From: Candidatus Latescibacterota bacterium
GTDB lineage: Bacteria; Latescibacterota; UBA2968; GCA-2709665
Length of the DNA stretch: 64,000 bases
Assembly (NCBI GenBank): GCA_963667175.2
Contig: CAXXXF010000016.1
Location: 288,001-352,000, forward strand
Reading direction: 5' to 3'
Shown here: positions 37,069 to 46,915 of the stretch, in pieces
Numbering within the stretch: position 1 is the first letter of the stretch
Layout of the letters: each line of letters begins with the position of its first letter
Notes under the pieces: model-generated
What the model was told of the DNA's origin: nothing
What the model saw: the letters and a program-made list of their open reading frames with translations, nothing else
Database searches by the model: none
Translations under genes and position numbers: made by a program

Positions 37069-38193
37069 ATGGACGTCGTCGAAATCACGGCCGACCTGGT
37101 TTCATACAACTCTGCCAGCCAGAACAGCAACACACCGGTGTCCGAGGCTATTGCCAGATGGCTGCACAGGGCCGGAATGTCGGTCGAGCGCGTCGATTAC
37201 ACCGATCCGGACGGCACGCCAAAGACAAACGTCGTGGGGAAGAAAGGCAAGGGTCAGGGAGGCCTCGCCCTTCTCGCCCATTCAGACGTGGTTCCCGCCG
37301 AAGGATGGGCTTCCGATCCGTTCAAGCTCAGGCCCGGACAGGGCAGACTCTACGGACGAGGCAGTGCCGACATGAAGGGGTCCGTCGCCTGTATGATTGG
37401 AGCTGCCAACGCATTCACCGAGCAGGAGCTCAAGCTGCCGGTCTACGTGATTGTCACCGCCGACGAAGAGACCGACTGCGGCGGCGCCAGAGCCGTCGCG
37501 CTGAGATCGAAAACGCTCAAATCGTCCAAAGTCAGGTATGGTATCGTCGGCGAGCCCACGCTCCTGGACGTGGTTCACGCCCACAAAGGCTCGCTCAAAT
37601 TCGAAGCCACGGCAAAAGGAAAGGCGGCTCACAGCAGCACCGGCAAGGGCGTGAACGCCAACCATATTCTCATCCCGTTTCTGAACGACGTCGTCAGGCT
37701 CGAGGAATCGCTGCGTACTGACCCGCGATATCGGAACGAAGCGTTCGATCCACCTCACGGGACGTTGAATGTCGTCGTTTCGGACGGGGATACGGCGGCG
37801 AATGTCACGGCGCCGGTCAGCAGCGCCACCATCAACTGCCGACCCATGCCGGGCCAGAACTGGAAGCCGGTTATCGACCGCGTGACGCGGATGGCCGAGG
37901 AACACGGCGTCAAGATCAAGCTGCCGAAGACCCTGGACCCACTCAGCACCCGGTTGGATTCTCCCATTGTGCGGGAAGCGCTGCGAATCACCGGAAAGAG
38001 AAAACCCAGGACAGTCGCATACGGAACCGACGGCATGGTATTCGGCAAGTCGATGGAACTGGTGGTCATGGGGCCAGGCAGCATCCAGCAGGCACACACC
38101 GTGGATGAGTGGATCGCCAGGGATCAACTTCAAAAAGGTCTGGACGTATTTACGAAAATGGTACATCGTTTCTGCATCGAAAACCCCGCCTGA
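37069..38193 (+). CDS. argE: M20 metallopeptidase, acetylornithine deacetylase (ArgE)-like
   Basis: HSDVVP, YGRGSADMKG, ADEE, GEPT, AHSS, YGTDG, GPGSIQQAHTVDE. Confidence 0.75.
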   Translation: MDVVEITADLVSYNSASQNSNTPVSEAIARWLHRAGMSVERVDYTDPDGTPKTNVVGKKGKGQGGLALLAHSDVVPAEGWASDPFKLRPGQGRLYGRGSADMKGSVACMIGAANAFTEQELKLPVYVIVTADEETDCGGARAVALRSKTLKSSKVRYGIVGEPTLLDVVHAHKGSLKFEATAKGKAAHSSTGKGVNANHILIPFLNDVVRLEESLRTDPRYRNEAFDPPHGTLNVVVSDGDTAANVTAPVSSATINCRPMPGQNWKPVIDRVTRMAEEHGVKIKLPKTLDPLSTRLDSPIVREALRITGKRKPRTVAYGTDGMVFGKSMELVVMGPGSIQQAHTVDEWIARDQLQKGLDVFTKMVHRFCIENPA

Positions 38194-38316
38194 CGTTCAT
38201 TGCGACACGTGGAAGACCGGGAACGACACATATCCCCGGTCCGTTAGGCAGGTAGGTTTCGGTCTTTACGTCGAAACGGAGACCGTTTCTCTCGACCGAG
38301 GCGAGGAGGACATTGG

Positions 38317-38877
38317 ATGTTCAAGACCCTGACCCGCGCTCTGCTCATCGGATCGACAATGACCCTGACCTTCGGTTGCGCGGACGAGAATCTGTACCAG
38401 TTCGGATTGCGAGGCAAGTGGCGACTGGAAACGCGGCAGCTACCAGACGGGACAGTACTCGCGCCGCCCTCCGTGGGCGGGCACTACGAGTGGTATCCTA
38501 CGGGTAAGACAACGGCACACGTCACCGCTTCAATTTCGCTCGGCGAGGACCAGATTCTGGTTTCCGGATATTTGTACAGTTTTCAATCGGAAGACGTGGT
38601 GGCACAACCCTTTACGCGCCGGGAATACCTGAACATCGGCGGCGGGTACGGAGCGTCGCCCGGAAAGACACATGGATCGTCGGACGTTTCGACGGCCGGC
38701 CAGGTCGTTACGAGTGGCAGCCGCGTTACCCTTGAACTCGCGAATGGTCCCGCGCAGATTTACGAAGACATCAGCGCCGAGGGATTCGACAGCGTCTTCT
38801 TTAAAGTCAGGTTCGAAGACGGCACGATCGACACATGGCGACGCTTTGCGGACCAGCCGGGCGTTCTGCCGAAGTGA
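38317..38877 (+). CDS. Hypothetical lipoprotein, lipocalin-like
   Basis: Lipobox-like TFGC after a hydrophobic stretch; LRGKWRL (GxW) motif; GAGGAGG RBS. Confidence 0.55.
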   Translation: MFKTLTRALLIGSTMTLTFGCADENLYQFGLRGKWRLETRQLPDGTVLAPPSVGGHYEWYPTGKTTAHVTASISLGEDQILVSGYLYSFQSEDVVAQPFTRREYLNIGGGYGASPGKTHGSSDVSTAGQVVTSGSRVTLELANGPAQIYEDISAEGFDSVFFKVRFEDGTIDTWRRFADQPGVLPK

Positions 38878-38908
38878 TTCCGCCATATAGCCTGACCGAT
38901 CAGACACT

Positions 38909-38951
38909 TCAGGGGCGCGGTGACTGTTTCCGCGCCCCTGAGGCTTTTTTT
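38909..38951 (+). terminator. Rho-independent terminator
   Basis: Perfect 12-bp stem TCAGGGGCGCGG/CCGCGCCCCTGA followed by GGC and a T7 run. Confidence 0.85.
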
Positions 38952-38965
38952 GAGACGAGGCTGAG

Positions 38966-40507
38966 ATGGACGGGATGTTGCTGGGAAATATCCTTCTCAG
39001 AAACGCTCGCGATCCCGGACTGAGCCGAAAGACGGCCATCGTCTTCGGCGACCGTGCGCTGACGTACGGCGAACTGAACGAGGAGAGCAATCGCGTTGCC
39101 AACGGCCTTCTTGACCGTGGCGTCCGGAAAGGCGATCGAATCGGGATGCTAAGCAGGAATTCCGAGGTCTACGTGATCGTGTACTTCGCACTGGCCAAGC
39201 TTGGCGCCATTATGGTCCCGGTCAATTTCTGGTATCGCAGCCGGGAAATCCGGTATACGCTTCGTCAGTCCGGCGCCCGCGGCCTCATCTATCAGAACCG
39301 CTTCTCGGACGTTGTCGCAGGGGTCGGGGACCTGACCGGACTGGAATGGACGCTCACCATCGGCGACAGTCGCGGCAATCGTCTGGAGGACGTGGCCGCC
39401 GGATCCCCGTCAGACGAGCCCGGAATCGAACTCGATGAGAACGATCCGCATATCATTCTCTACACGAGTGGCACGACGGGGTTTCCCAAAGGAGCGGTTT
39501 TCTCGCACAAGAGCCATTTCCTCCAAGCCCTCTCTCTCGCCATGTCGACGGGAGGCAACGGTGACGACGTCGGCCTCGTCGTCTACCCGCTCTTCCACAC
39601 CGGCGGACCGGACTGCCTGGTGCTTCCACATTTCCTGGCAGGCGCCTCCCTCGTCATTCTGGACGGCGCGGATCCCGACGCCATTCTTTCGGCCACCGCG
39701 TTGCACAGGGCAACCAACATTTTCTGCGTCCCGACGGTCTGGCGCTGGATCCTTGCACGCCAGCAGCTTCGAAACTACGACGTCACTTCGGTCCGGCGCT
39801 GCCTGGGGTCGTCGGATACATTCCCGACGGCGCTGCTCGAAGACATTATGGCCACGTTCGAATCCGACGTCTACGTTACGTACGGTCTTACCGAGGCAGG
39901 CTGCATCCTGACGGTCTGCCGCCTGACGGCAAACGACCCCGGCAAACTCGGTTCGGTGGGCCGCCCCATGCCCTCGGTCGAACTCAACGTTCTGGATTCA
40001 TCCGGCGATCCGGTAACTCCCGGGGAAGTGGGCGAGGTTGTCGCGAAGACGGCGTCTGCAATGCTTGAATACTGGAACATGCCGGCAAAAACAGCGGAGG
40101 CGCTGAGAGACGGCTGGCTGCACACCGGAGATCTGGGCAAAGTAGACAGCGACGGCTTTCTCTATCTGTCGGGCCGGGCGAAGGATTTGATCATCAGCGG
40201 TGGGGAGAATATCTACCCGCTGGAAATCGAACGACTGTTGAGAGAACATCCGCAAATACGCGATGCCGCCGTGGTTGGTATACCGGACAGGGAGTGGGGC
40301 GAGTCCGTGCTGGCGGCGGTTGTGCCGAGTGATGGCGCACGACTCACGCCCGGCGAGGTCGCCGCGTACGTTGGTGAACACCTGGCGGGATTCAAGAAAC
40401 CCAGATGGGTGGAAATCCTGGACGAACTCCCGGTAACGACTGCCACGGGGAAGGTGCGGAAAGCTGTATTGAGAGAACGGTTTCAACGGAAGGACGGCAC
40501 GGCGTGA
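38966..40507 (+). CDS. AMP-dependent acyl-CoA ligase
   Basis: YTSGTTGFPKG, YGLTE, HTGDLG, IISGGENIYP, GKV. Confidence 0.92.
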   Translation: MDGMLLGNILLRNARDPGLSRKTAIVFGDRALTYGELNEESNRVANGLLDRGVRKGDRIGMLSRNSEVYVIVYFALAKLGAIMVPVNFWYRSREIRYTLRQSGARGLIYQNRFSDVVAGVGDLTGLEWTLTIGDSRGNRLEDVAAGSPSDEPGIELDENDPHIILYTSGTTGFPKGAVFSHKSHFLQALSLAMSTGGNGDDVGLVVYPLFHTGGPDCLVLPHFLAGASLVILDGADPDAILSATALHRATNIFCVPTVWRWILARQQLRNYDVTSVRRCLGSSDTFPTALLEDIMATFESDVYVTYGLTEAGCILTVCRLTANDPGKLGSVGRPMPSVELNVLDSSGDPVTPGEVGEVVAKTASAMLEYWNMPAKTAEALRDGWLHTGDLGKVDSDGFLYLSGRAKDLIISGGENIYPLEIERLLREHPQIRDAAVVGIPDREWGESVLAAVVPSDGARLTPGEVAAYVGEHLAGFKKPRWVEILDELPVTTATGKVRKAVLRERFQRKDGTA

Positions 40508-40513
40508 GGCGTA

Positions 40514-41416
40514 TCAGCGATCCTGAGGGATCCTGGTACCGCTCAGATGTTCAGCGGCTTTGCAGACCGCGGAAAAATCCAGGCTGCCCGCGCCAAGACC
40601 GCTGGCGGCAGCGTACATCTGGTAAGCCGCCGCCCCGATCGGCATCGGCACGTTCAGTGCCTTTCCGAGATCCACGCCAATCGCCAGGTCTTTCTTCATC
40701 AAATCCAGCATAAATCCAGGATCGAAAGCATCCGCCAAAAGGAAGTCCGATACACGGATCTGAAACAACGTCGAGTTGGCCGAACTCACACTGATGACCT
40801 GGCGCATCACTTCAGGGTCGGCGCCTGCTCTGATACCGAGGATCAACCCCTCGGCGATGGCCGCCATGTTGATGCCGCCGATCAGCTGATTGACGATCTT
40901 TACGGTCTGTCCCACGCCCACGGACCCGACGTGGAAGATGTTTTCCTCGTTGCCCATCGCGTTGAACAACCCCCGGCACCGATCGAAGTCCTTCGCTTCT
41001 CCACCTGCGATGATCGTCAATGTGCCGTTGATCGCTCCCGTATCTCCCCCGCTCACGGGCGCATCCATCACCGCCACGTTCTTTGAACCTGCCTTCTCCG
41101 CAATCTCCCTGATCGTGAGTGGCGATATGGTACTCATATCCACGATGAGGCTGCCTTCGGATGCGCCCTGCAGCACGCCGTCGTCTCCGAGGACCACTTC
41201 CCGCACTTCCGGGTCCGCCGTAACGATCGTAATCACAATGTCGGTGGCTTCGGCCACGGCCGCGGGAGACTCGACCACACTCGCCCCCAACCCCTCCATT
41301 TCGGCAATGACTTCGGGCCGGCGCGCGTAGATTGTGAGATCGTACCCGGCCTTGATGAGATGAATCGCCATTGGCTTGCCCATGATGCCCAGTCCGATAA
41401 ACCCGACTTTCTCCAT
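40514..41416 (-). CDS. Beta-hydroxyacid dehydrogenase (2-hydroxy-3-oxopropionate reductase/GarR-like)
   Basis: GFIGLGIMGKPM, DMSTISP, DAPVSGG, KIVNQ, KDL. Confidence 0.9.
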   Translation of the reverse strand: MEKVGFIGLGIMGKPMAIHLIKAGYDLTIYARRPEVIAEMEGLGASVVESPAAVAEATDIVITIVTADPEVREVVLGDDGVLQGASEGSLIVDMSTISPLTIREIAEKAGSKNVAVMDAPVSGGDTGAINGTLTIIAGGEAKDFDRCRGLFNAMGNEENIFHVGSVGVGQTVKIVNQLIGGINMAAIAEGLILGIRAGADPEVMRQVISVSSANSTLFQIRVSDFLLADAFDPGFMLDLMKKDLAIGVDLGKALNVPMPIGAAAYQMYAAASGLGAGSLDFSAVCKAAEHLSGTRIPQDR

Positions 41417-41521
41417 CTGAACCTCCTCTTGTTTTTATCTGCCAGGACCGCTGACCGGCGTCGGCGGACTCTCTGAAGAGATCCGGAAACGACGGGCTGA
41501 AGCGATACAGGCGCCTTCCGG

Positions 41522-42601
41522 TCAACTGCTCTCGATGGGACGCGTCTGCAGGACCATCAATTGACCCACGGGGTTTTCGACAGCCCCCAGCGGCCGCCGC
41601 TTCTCCGCGGACCAGATGTCGTTTGCCGTTACGTAGAAGTGCCCGCCGGCTATCTTACTGTAACACATCTGGGGATATCGACCCTTCGAATCGTCGGGAA
41701 ACAGCAGGTCGAAGGTATCGCTTTCCGGATGATAGGCGAGGAACCGGTCCATAAAGTGGTAGGGAAACCCGTCCACGCCGGTGTACGGATCGTCTTTCAA
41801 CTGAATATACGTTCCAGTCGCCTCGTCGTATCTGAATCCTGAGTCGTACGTACTCAATGTGTTCAACTGCCACCCCCGATAACAGACTCCGCCGCCGATA
41901 AACCCGAATTCCTCCTTCCATCCGGGGACCGCCCGCTCATACACCTCTCCAGTCTGCCGGTCCAGCCGGAACAGACGACCCTCCCTGTAATTCACGACGT
42001 ATCGTTCCGCCGGCTCACCGGCCCGTGAGGGCGGAATCGAATCGGAGTCTTCCGCCACGAACCAGCGCGACTCTGGATCCCAGTAGACGCGGCGCGGCAA
42101 CCGTTCAGCACCGGGAACGCTGAAGACTTCCAGCCCGTCGGGCCAATCCACGTCCACAATCGATGGCAGCACGCCTGGCTCCGGATAGGTACGTATCTCC
42201 CCGCGGTCCTCCTCGACGTGCCAGATCACCAGGCAAGGCCTGGACCGTTCCGGCAGGTATAGCACGTTTCTCGCCTTATCCGCGTGACCGTACCAGAGAT
42301 TCGCCTCGGGAAACGGTTTGGCGACCTGATACACGCGTTGCTCCGCAACATTGAAAACCGTCAGTTTCTCGTTCGTCTGCGGAAGCACATAGACCTTGCC
42401 GCCGGCGCACAGACACTGGCTTCCTCCGTGTCTATCGGGAATCGGAATCGTGTCGATCTGCCCGGATTCCGGCAGGTACCGATGGAGTAAAGGCAGACTG
42501 CCCGTAAACCAGAGGGCGCCGACGTCGTCGTCGTCAATCCCGTACACCCGGGTATTCTTCGCGTCGACCCAAACCGGATACATCCTCGGCAACTCAGGCA
42601 T
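41522..42601 (-). CDS. Hypothetical protein, probable beta-propeller
   Basis: Repeated short beta-strand/YxP motifs; no signal peptide; ATG 42601 after AGGAGG. Confidence 0.55.
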   Translation of the reverse strand: MPELPRMYPVWVDAKNTRVYGIDDDDVGALWFTGSLPLLHRYLPESGQIDTIPIPDRHGGSQCLCAGGKVYVLPQTNEKLTVFNVAEQRVYQVAKPFPEANLWYGHADKARNVLYLPERSRPCLVIWHVEEDRGEIRTYPEPGVLPSIVDVDWPDGLEVFSVPGAERLPRRVYWDPESRWFVAEDSDSIPPSRAGEPAERYVVNYREGRLFRLDRQTGEVYERAVPGWKEEFGFIGGGVCYRGWQLNTLSTYDSGFRYDEATGTYIQLKDDPYTGVDGFPYHFMDRFLAYHPESDTFDLLFPDDSKGRYPQMCYSKIAGGHFYVTANDIWSAEKRRPLGAVENPVGQLMVLQTRPIESS

Positions 42602-42722
42602 CTCTCCTCCTGATACAACGGAAAACGAGTACGGCTTGACCCCGGGGCACAGACCCCCGTCAGCCCCGGGGACGGGAAGTTCCGGACGGCGCTGCAGGCA
42701 TCCTGGCATTTTTGGATTCGGC

Positions 42723-42765
42723 TTGACTTTCGTGTATTAGTAGGTACCATTGGGCCGTCTGTCAA
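42723..42765. promoter_or_regulatory. Overlapping divergent sigma70-like promoters
   Basis: Plus strand TTGACT-16 nt-TACCAT (42723-42750); minus strand TTGACA (42760-42765)-17 nt-TACTAA. Confidence 0.45.
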
Positions 42766-42855
42766 CGTGAATTTCCACGCCGCGATCATGGCGGCCCGAA
42801 GTCCGCCGACCGGGGATACAGCGGCAACCGGTCCGGCTTTGCGATAAACAGAATC

Positions 42856-44385
42856 ATGCCCCGACCTCCACTTCTGGCCGGAATCGACGTCGGCACCACG
42901 AATGTCAAGGCGCTTGTCTTCGACACCGCCGGCCGCGTTCAGGCCTGCGCCAGCGCGCCTACGCCTACACATCACCCTCGACCCGGATGGGCTTACCACA
43001 AACCGGATGAATTGTGGTCGTGCGCAATAAATGCGCTTCGGAACGCGGTGTCTCAACTGGATTCGGCCGACCCGATCTTCAGCATCGCCGTTTCGAGTAT
43101 GGCCGAATCGGGCGTACCTCTTGACGCGGGAGACCAACCCGCCGACGACGTCATCGCCTGGTTCGACGGGCGGACGTCACGCCAGGCCGAGTGGTTGAAC
43201 AGGACCGTCGGCAGCGAGCGAATCTACGGCATTACGGGATTACCTGTAAAGCCCATATTCGGTCTCTGCAAGGTGCTCTGGTTTAAGGAAAACAACCCCG
43301 AGGGATTTGGGAGAACCGTCTCGTGGCTGAACGTTGCGGACTACATCGCGTTTCGAATGTGCGGCCATAAGGCGACCGACTATTCCCTTGCTTCACGGAT
43401 GCTTGCCTTCGACCTCAAGACGCTGGATTGGCATCCCGGTCTGCTGGAGGAAGCAGGGGTTTCTCCGAGTCTGTTTGCTCAAACGCTGCCCTCCGGCACG
43501 GCGCTCGGGCGCATCCTGCCCGAAATCGCTCGCTTGACCGGACTCCCCCGCGAAGTACAGGTCGCAACCGGCGGACATGACCACGTCTGCGGTGCACTTG
43601 CCGCCGGCGCCACCGAACCGGATACGCTCCTCAATTCCCTGGGCACCGCGGAAGCCCTCTGTATCGCAAGCCGGCAACCCTGGCTCAGCGACGGGATCGC
43701 GAAACAGGGGTACACAACCGGCGCCCACGTGGCAACGGGGAGATTCTACGTCCTCGGCAGTATCTATACGTCAGGCGCGGCCGTAGAGTGGATCCGCGGC
43801 CTCACGGGCCGAAACGTGGAATACGGCGCCCTCGTTACCGAAGCGGAATCGGCGCCGCCCGGAAGCCTGGGCGTCCACTTCCAGCCGCACCTGCGCCTGG
43901 GCAATCCTCCACACAACGACCCCGCATCCCGGGCCGCGTTCATCGGTCTCTCCGCCGACGTCACCCGCGGGACCCTGTTTCGCGCCGTGCTCGAGGGCTT
44001 GGCCTACGAGTCCAGGCTCTGCCTGGACGCCATCGTCACGCATCCGGGAATCCGCAGGCCGGAACGAATTGTAGCGATCGGCGGGAACACCCGAAACCGG
44101 CTACTCATGCAAATCAAGAGTTCGGTGTTCAACCAGAGGATCTCGATCGCCGAAGTGGAGGAATCGGTTGCCCTGGGCGCGGCGGTGCTGGGCGGCCTCG
44201 GCGCCGGCGTCTACTCAGACGTTGACGCCGCGTTGAAAGCGCTGAGATACGACCGTTGGACAGTCGACCCGGACGTGGAGCAGGTGGCGGTCTACGAGAC
44301 CGCATTTCAGTCCGTATACAGGGAAATCTTTCCTGCACTCGAGTCGCTGCACCACAGGGCAGGCGACATCCGGAATACGAACTGA
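42856..44385 (+). CDS. FGGY-family carbohydrate kinase (xylulo-/fuculokinase-like)
   Basis: GIDVGTTNVK, IAWFDGR, TDYSLASR, GGHDH, RAVLEG, ALGAA. Confidence 0.92.
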   Translation: MPRPPLLAGIDVGTTNVKALVFDTAGRVQACASAPTPTHHPRPGWAYHKPDELWSCAINALRNAVSQLDSADPIFSIAVSSMAESGVPLDAGDQPADDVIAWFDGRTSRQAEWLNRTVGSERIYGITGLPVKPIFGLCKVLWFKENNPEGFGRTVSWLNVADYIAFRMCGHKATDYSLASRMLAFDLKTLDWHPGLLEEAGVSPSLFAQTLPSGTALGRILPEIARLTGLPREVQVATGGHDHVCGALAAGATEPDTLLNSLGTAEALCIASRQPWLSDGIAKQGYTTGAHVATGRFYVLGSIYTSGAAVEWIRGLTGRNVEYGALVTEAESAPPGSLGVHFQPHLRLGNPPHNDPASRAAFIGLSADVTRGTLFRAVLEGLAYESRLCLDAIVTHPGIRRPERIVAIGGNTRNRLLMQIKSSVFNQRISIAEVEESVALGAAVLGGLGAGVYSDVDAALKALRYDRWTVDPDVEQVAVYETAFQSVYREIFPALESLHHRAGDIRNTN

Positions 44386-44573
44386 AGGGAAGGGAATCGG
44401 CCCGCGGATCCTGCACTCGCGGATTGGACGCGAGCGCCCGACCCGCAATACTGCGCTGCACAGGGCTGCTCTTACGACGGCGACACTTCCGGGTCCGGCA
44501 ATCGACCTGCTGTTCCGGTGGGGTCTCGCTCCTATCAACCATCGCATCGTACTGAGTTCAACCGGGAGTCCAT

Positions 44574-45560
44574 ATGCACACGATTACCTGCGCCGTCGTT
44601 GGGTACGGCGGCATCGCGGGCTTTCACGCGCGGGCATTCAGGCGAATTCCCGGTGTTCGGCTACGGACCGTCGTCGGTCGCAGACACGAACCCGCCGAAT
44701 CATTCCGGGATGCCTGGAACTTTGAACGTGCCACGACCCGTTACGAGGACGTTCTGGCCGACCGTGAGATCGATGCGGTCGTCATTGCCTCACCCAGCGA
44801 GGTGCATTACGAACAGACCCGGATGGCTCTTGAAGCCGGCAAAAACGTCCTGGTGGAAATTCCCCTGTCGCTATCCCGCGCTGGCGCAGCCGAGGTTGCC
44901 GGCCTCACGAAAAAGACCGCAAGCAAACTGCTGGTTGCCCATACCCGCCGTTTCAGCCGGGCGGGGCGGTTTGTCAGGGATTTTGTCGGGGACGGCACGG
45001 CAGGCCACGTGCACCAGCACCATATTCACGAATTCCAGTTACGCCGCGAAAACGTCGGCTGGACCGGCTACAGGCGGAGCTGGACGGACGACGTCCTGTT
45101 CCACCACGGTTGCCACGTGCTCGACTACTCCCTCTGGACCATCGACGAACCCGTTCGCCGGATTCGCGGCGAACTCAGCCCGCTCGACGCCGCAACCGGC
45201 ACGTCGCTCGACGTCAGCATGCTCGTTCGTTACGCCTCCGAAACCATTGCGGCGCTCAGTCTTTCCTACAATGCCCGGGCTGGCGTCAACAACAATATCT
45301 ACCTGTGCGACGCGGGCACCCTCGTCGTCTCGGGCAATCACGTCGCGCTGAACGGCAAAACCCTCTTCGACAGCGACGACACCCTCGACGACGACGTACT
45401 GGCTCAGAACGTCGAATTCATCGAATCGATCCGCGAAGACCGGCAGCCCCAATGCAGCGCGGCGCAAGCCCTGGAAGCCCTCGATCTGCTCCAGCAGATT
45501 TACGACCGGTCAATCACGATGGAGCACCCGGACAAATACAAACGGATGTGGGACATTTAA
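44574..45560 (+). CDS. Gfo/Idh/MocA oxidoreductase, LigC-like
   Basis: VGYGGI, LVEIP, HTRRF, RRENVGWTGYRRSWTDDVLFHHGCH. Confidence 0.85.
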   Translation: MHTITCAVVGYGGIAGFHARAFRRIPGVRLRTVVGRRHEPAESFRDAWNFERATTRYEDVLADREIDAVVIASPSEVHYEQTRMALEAGKNVLVEIPLSLSRAGAAEVAGLTKKTASKLLVAHTRRFSRAGRFVRDFVGDGTAGHVHQHHIHEFQLRRENVGWTGYRRSWTDDVLFHHGCHVLDYSLWTIDEPVRRIRGELSPLDAATGTSLDVSMLVRYASETIAALSLSYNARAGVNNNIYLCDAGTLVVSGNHVALNGKTLFDSDDTLDDDVLAQNVEFIESIREDRQPQCSAAQALEALDLLQQIYDRSITMEHPDKYKRMWDI

Positions 45561-45916
45561 TGCTCAGGGATTGCCTGCGTTGCATCGGGTACGTATTCCG
45601 ACCTCGGCGGGGAAAAGACGTCGATCACAAGGCTGTCTTCCAGTACCCGTGAGCGATGGGGCTCGTTCGGCGCGAAGTGGAAGAACGTTCCCGCTTCAAA
45701 CACGTAACGCGTTTCCTGCTCTCCAACGAAGAATTCAATCCGACCCCGAATGACGTAACCCATCTGCTCCTCGGGATGCCGGTGCGCGCCGAACTCAGCC
45801 CCCGCCATGACCTCGTACCGGTTCAACATCAGATTCTCTCCGCTCATCGTACGGCGTACGGAAAGATCCGATAACGACTTGGGAGATAAATCTTTATCTT
45901 TCACAACCAGAGCCAC
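45557..45916 (-). CDS. Cupin domain protein
   Basis: HRHPEEQ...PNEPH metal motif, DVFSPPR. Confidence 0.88.
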   Translation of the reverse strand: MALVVKDKDLSPKSLSDLSVRRTMSGENLMLNRYEVMAGAEFGAHRHPEEQMGYVIRGRIEFFVGEQETRYVFEAGTFFHFAPNEPHRSRVLEDSLVIDVFSPPRSEYVPDATQAIPEH

Positions 45917-46170
45917 TTATATCACTTCTTTATAAAAGTGGATTAATCGAGTCGAAATCTGACGGATCACGGCGAGGATGTTCGCAGCAGAACGGACACC
46001 CGGCGTCTTTATGCAGCGACCATCCGCCTGCCGTCTTCCGCCGCAGGACGGGGAGAGCAGCCGGGTTTCGGTCTACACCACCATTTCGATCAACCCCAAA
46101 TACCCGCGCGATGCACCCGACTCCTGGCATTGGCGTTTTTCGGTTGGTGTGACACGCCTTTCCCGGAGGT

Positions 46171-46815
46171 TTATTTCACAAGTTCCAGTCGACCCCACAG
46201 GCTGGGGTCGTACGATACCGGAAGCGGCTCGTCCGCGGTCCAGAACTGTCGTCCCAGTTTCCGGTCCTGAAGCAGATAGGTGAATCCGAGCAGGCGGTTT
46301 TCTTCCGGATCGAACCCTGTCAATATTTCCGCCGGCAAATGGACCTCCAGCCGATATCCGGTTCCGGATGCGTCGCTGAACACCTTCAGTCCGGAAGGGT
46401 CGCAAAGCTTCGAATGCGCGCGGGCTCTGCGGATTGCCACCTGACCCCCTCTCGCCTTCCGGTTTTCCGCGCCGGGCAGGAAATAGAAGTGGTGGCAGTA
46501 ACGGCTCGCCCGGTGCGCGTTCCGGACGTCGCGGGTATCCACCCAGACCTGCAATCCATCTCCCTGTAGCGGACGTCGTTCGTCCACCTTCGCGGCCGCC
46601 GCCTTTTTCACGTCTGCCGCGAAATAGAGACCGAGTTCGTTCCAGGCAGCGTATATGTCGGCAAACGCCTCCCGTCCGTCCAGTCCCGTAAGGTCCGGAA
46701 TCCGGTACTGCGCACCCCAGTCGTTCAGGTCTCCGTCGAGGACCGGCGGAGACCTGCGGTACGGGCACGGCCACGCGAAACTGAAGTAGGCGCGCCTGGG
46801 GATTTCCAGATTCAT
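46171..46815 (-). CDS. CBM9/DOMON-like domain protein without signal peptide
   Basis: PVLDGDLNDW, AAWNELGLYF, DGLQVWVDT, YRLEVHLP, PSLWGRLEL. Confidence 0.7.
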   Translation of the reverse strand: MNLEIPRRAYFSFAWPCPYRRSPPVLDGDLNDWGAQYRIPDLTGLDGREAFADIYAAWNELGLYFAADVKKAAAAKVDERRPLQGDGLQVWVDTRDVRNAHRASRYCHHFYFLPGAENRKARGGQVAIRRARAHSKLCDPSGLKVFSDASGTGYRLEVHLPAEILTGFDPEENRLLGFTYLLQDRKLGRQFWTADEPLPVSYDPSLWGRLELVK

Positions 46816-46915
46816 CGATCCGATTCTCCGGCCGGCAACACCATGTTACCGGTTTTCTGTACGACCGCCGAATTCTCCATTGTGTTTCCCTGGGCGAGAA
46901 CCGGCCAAGGCCGCG

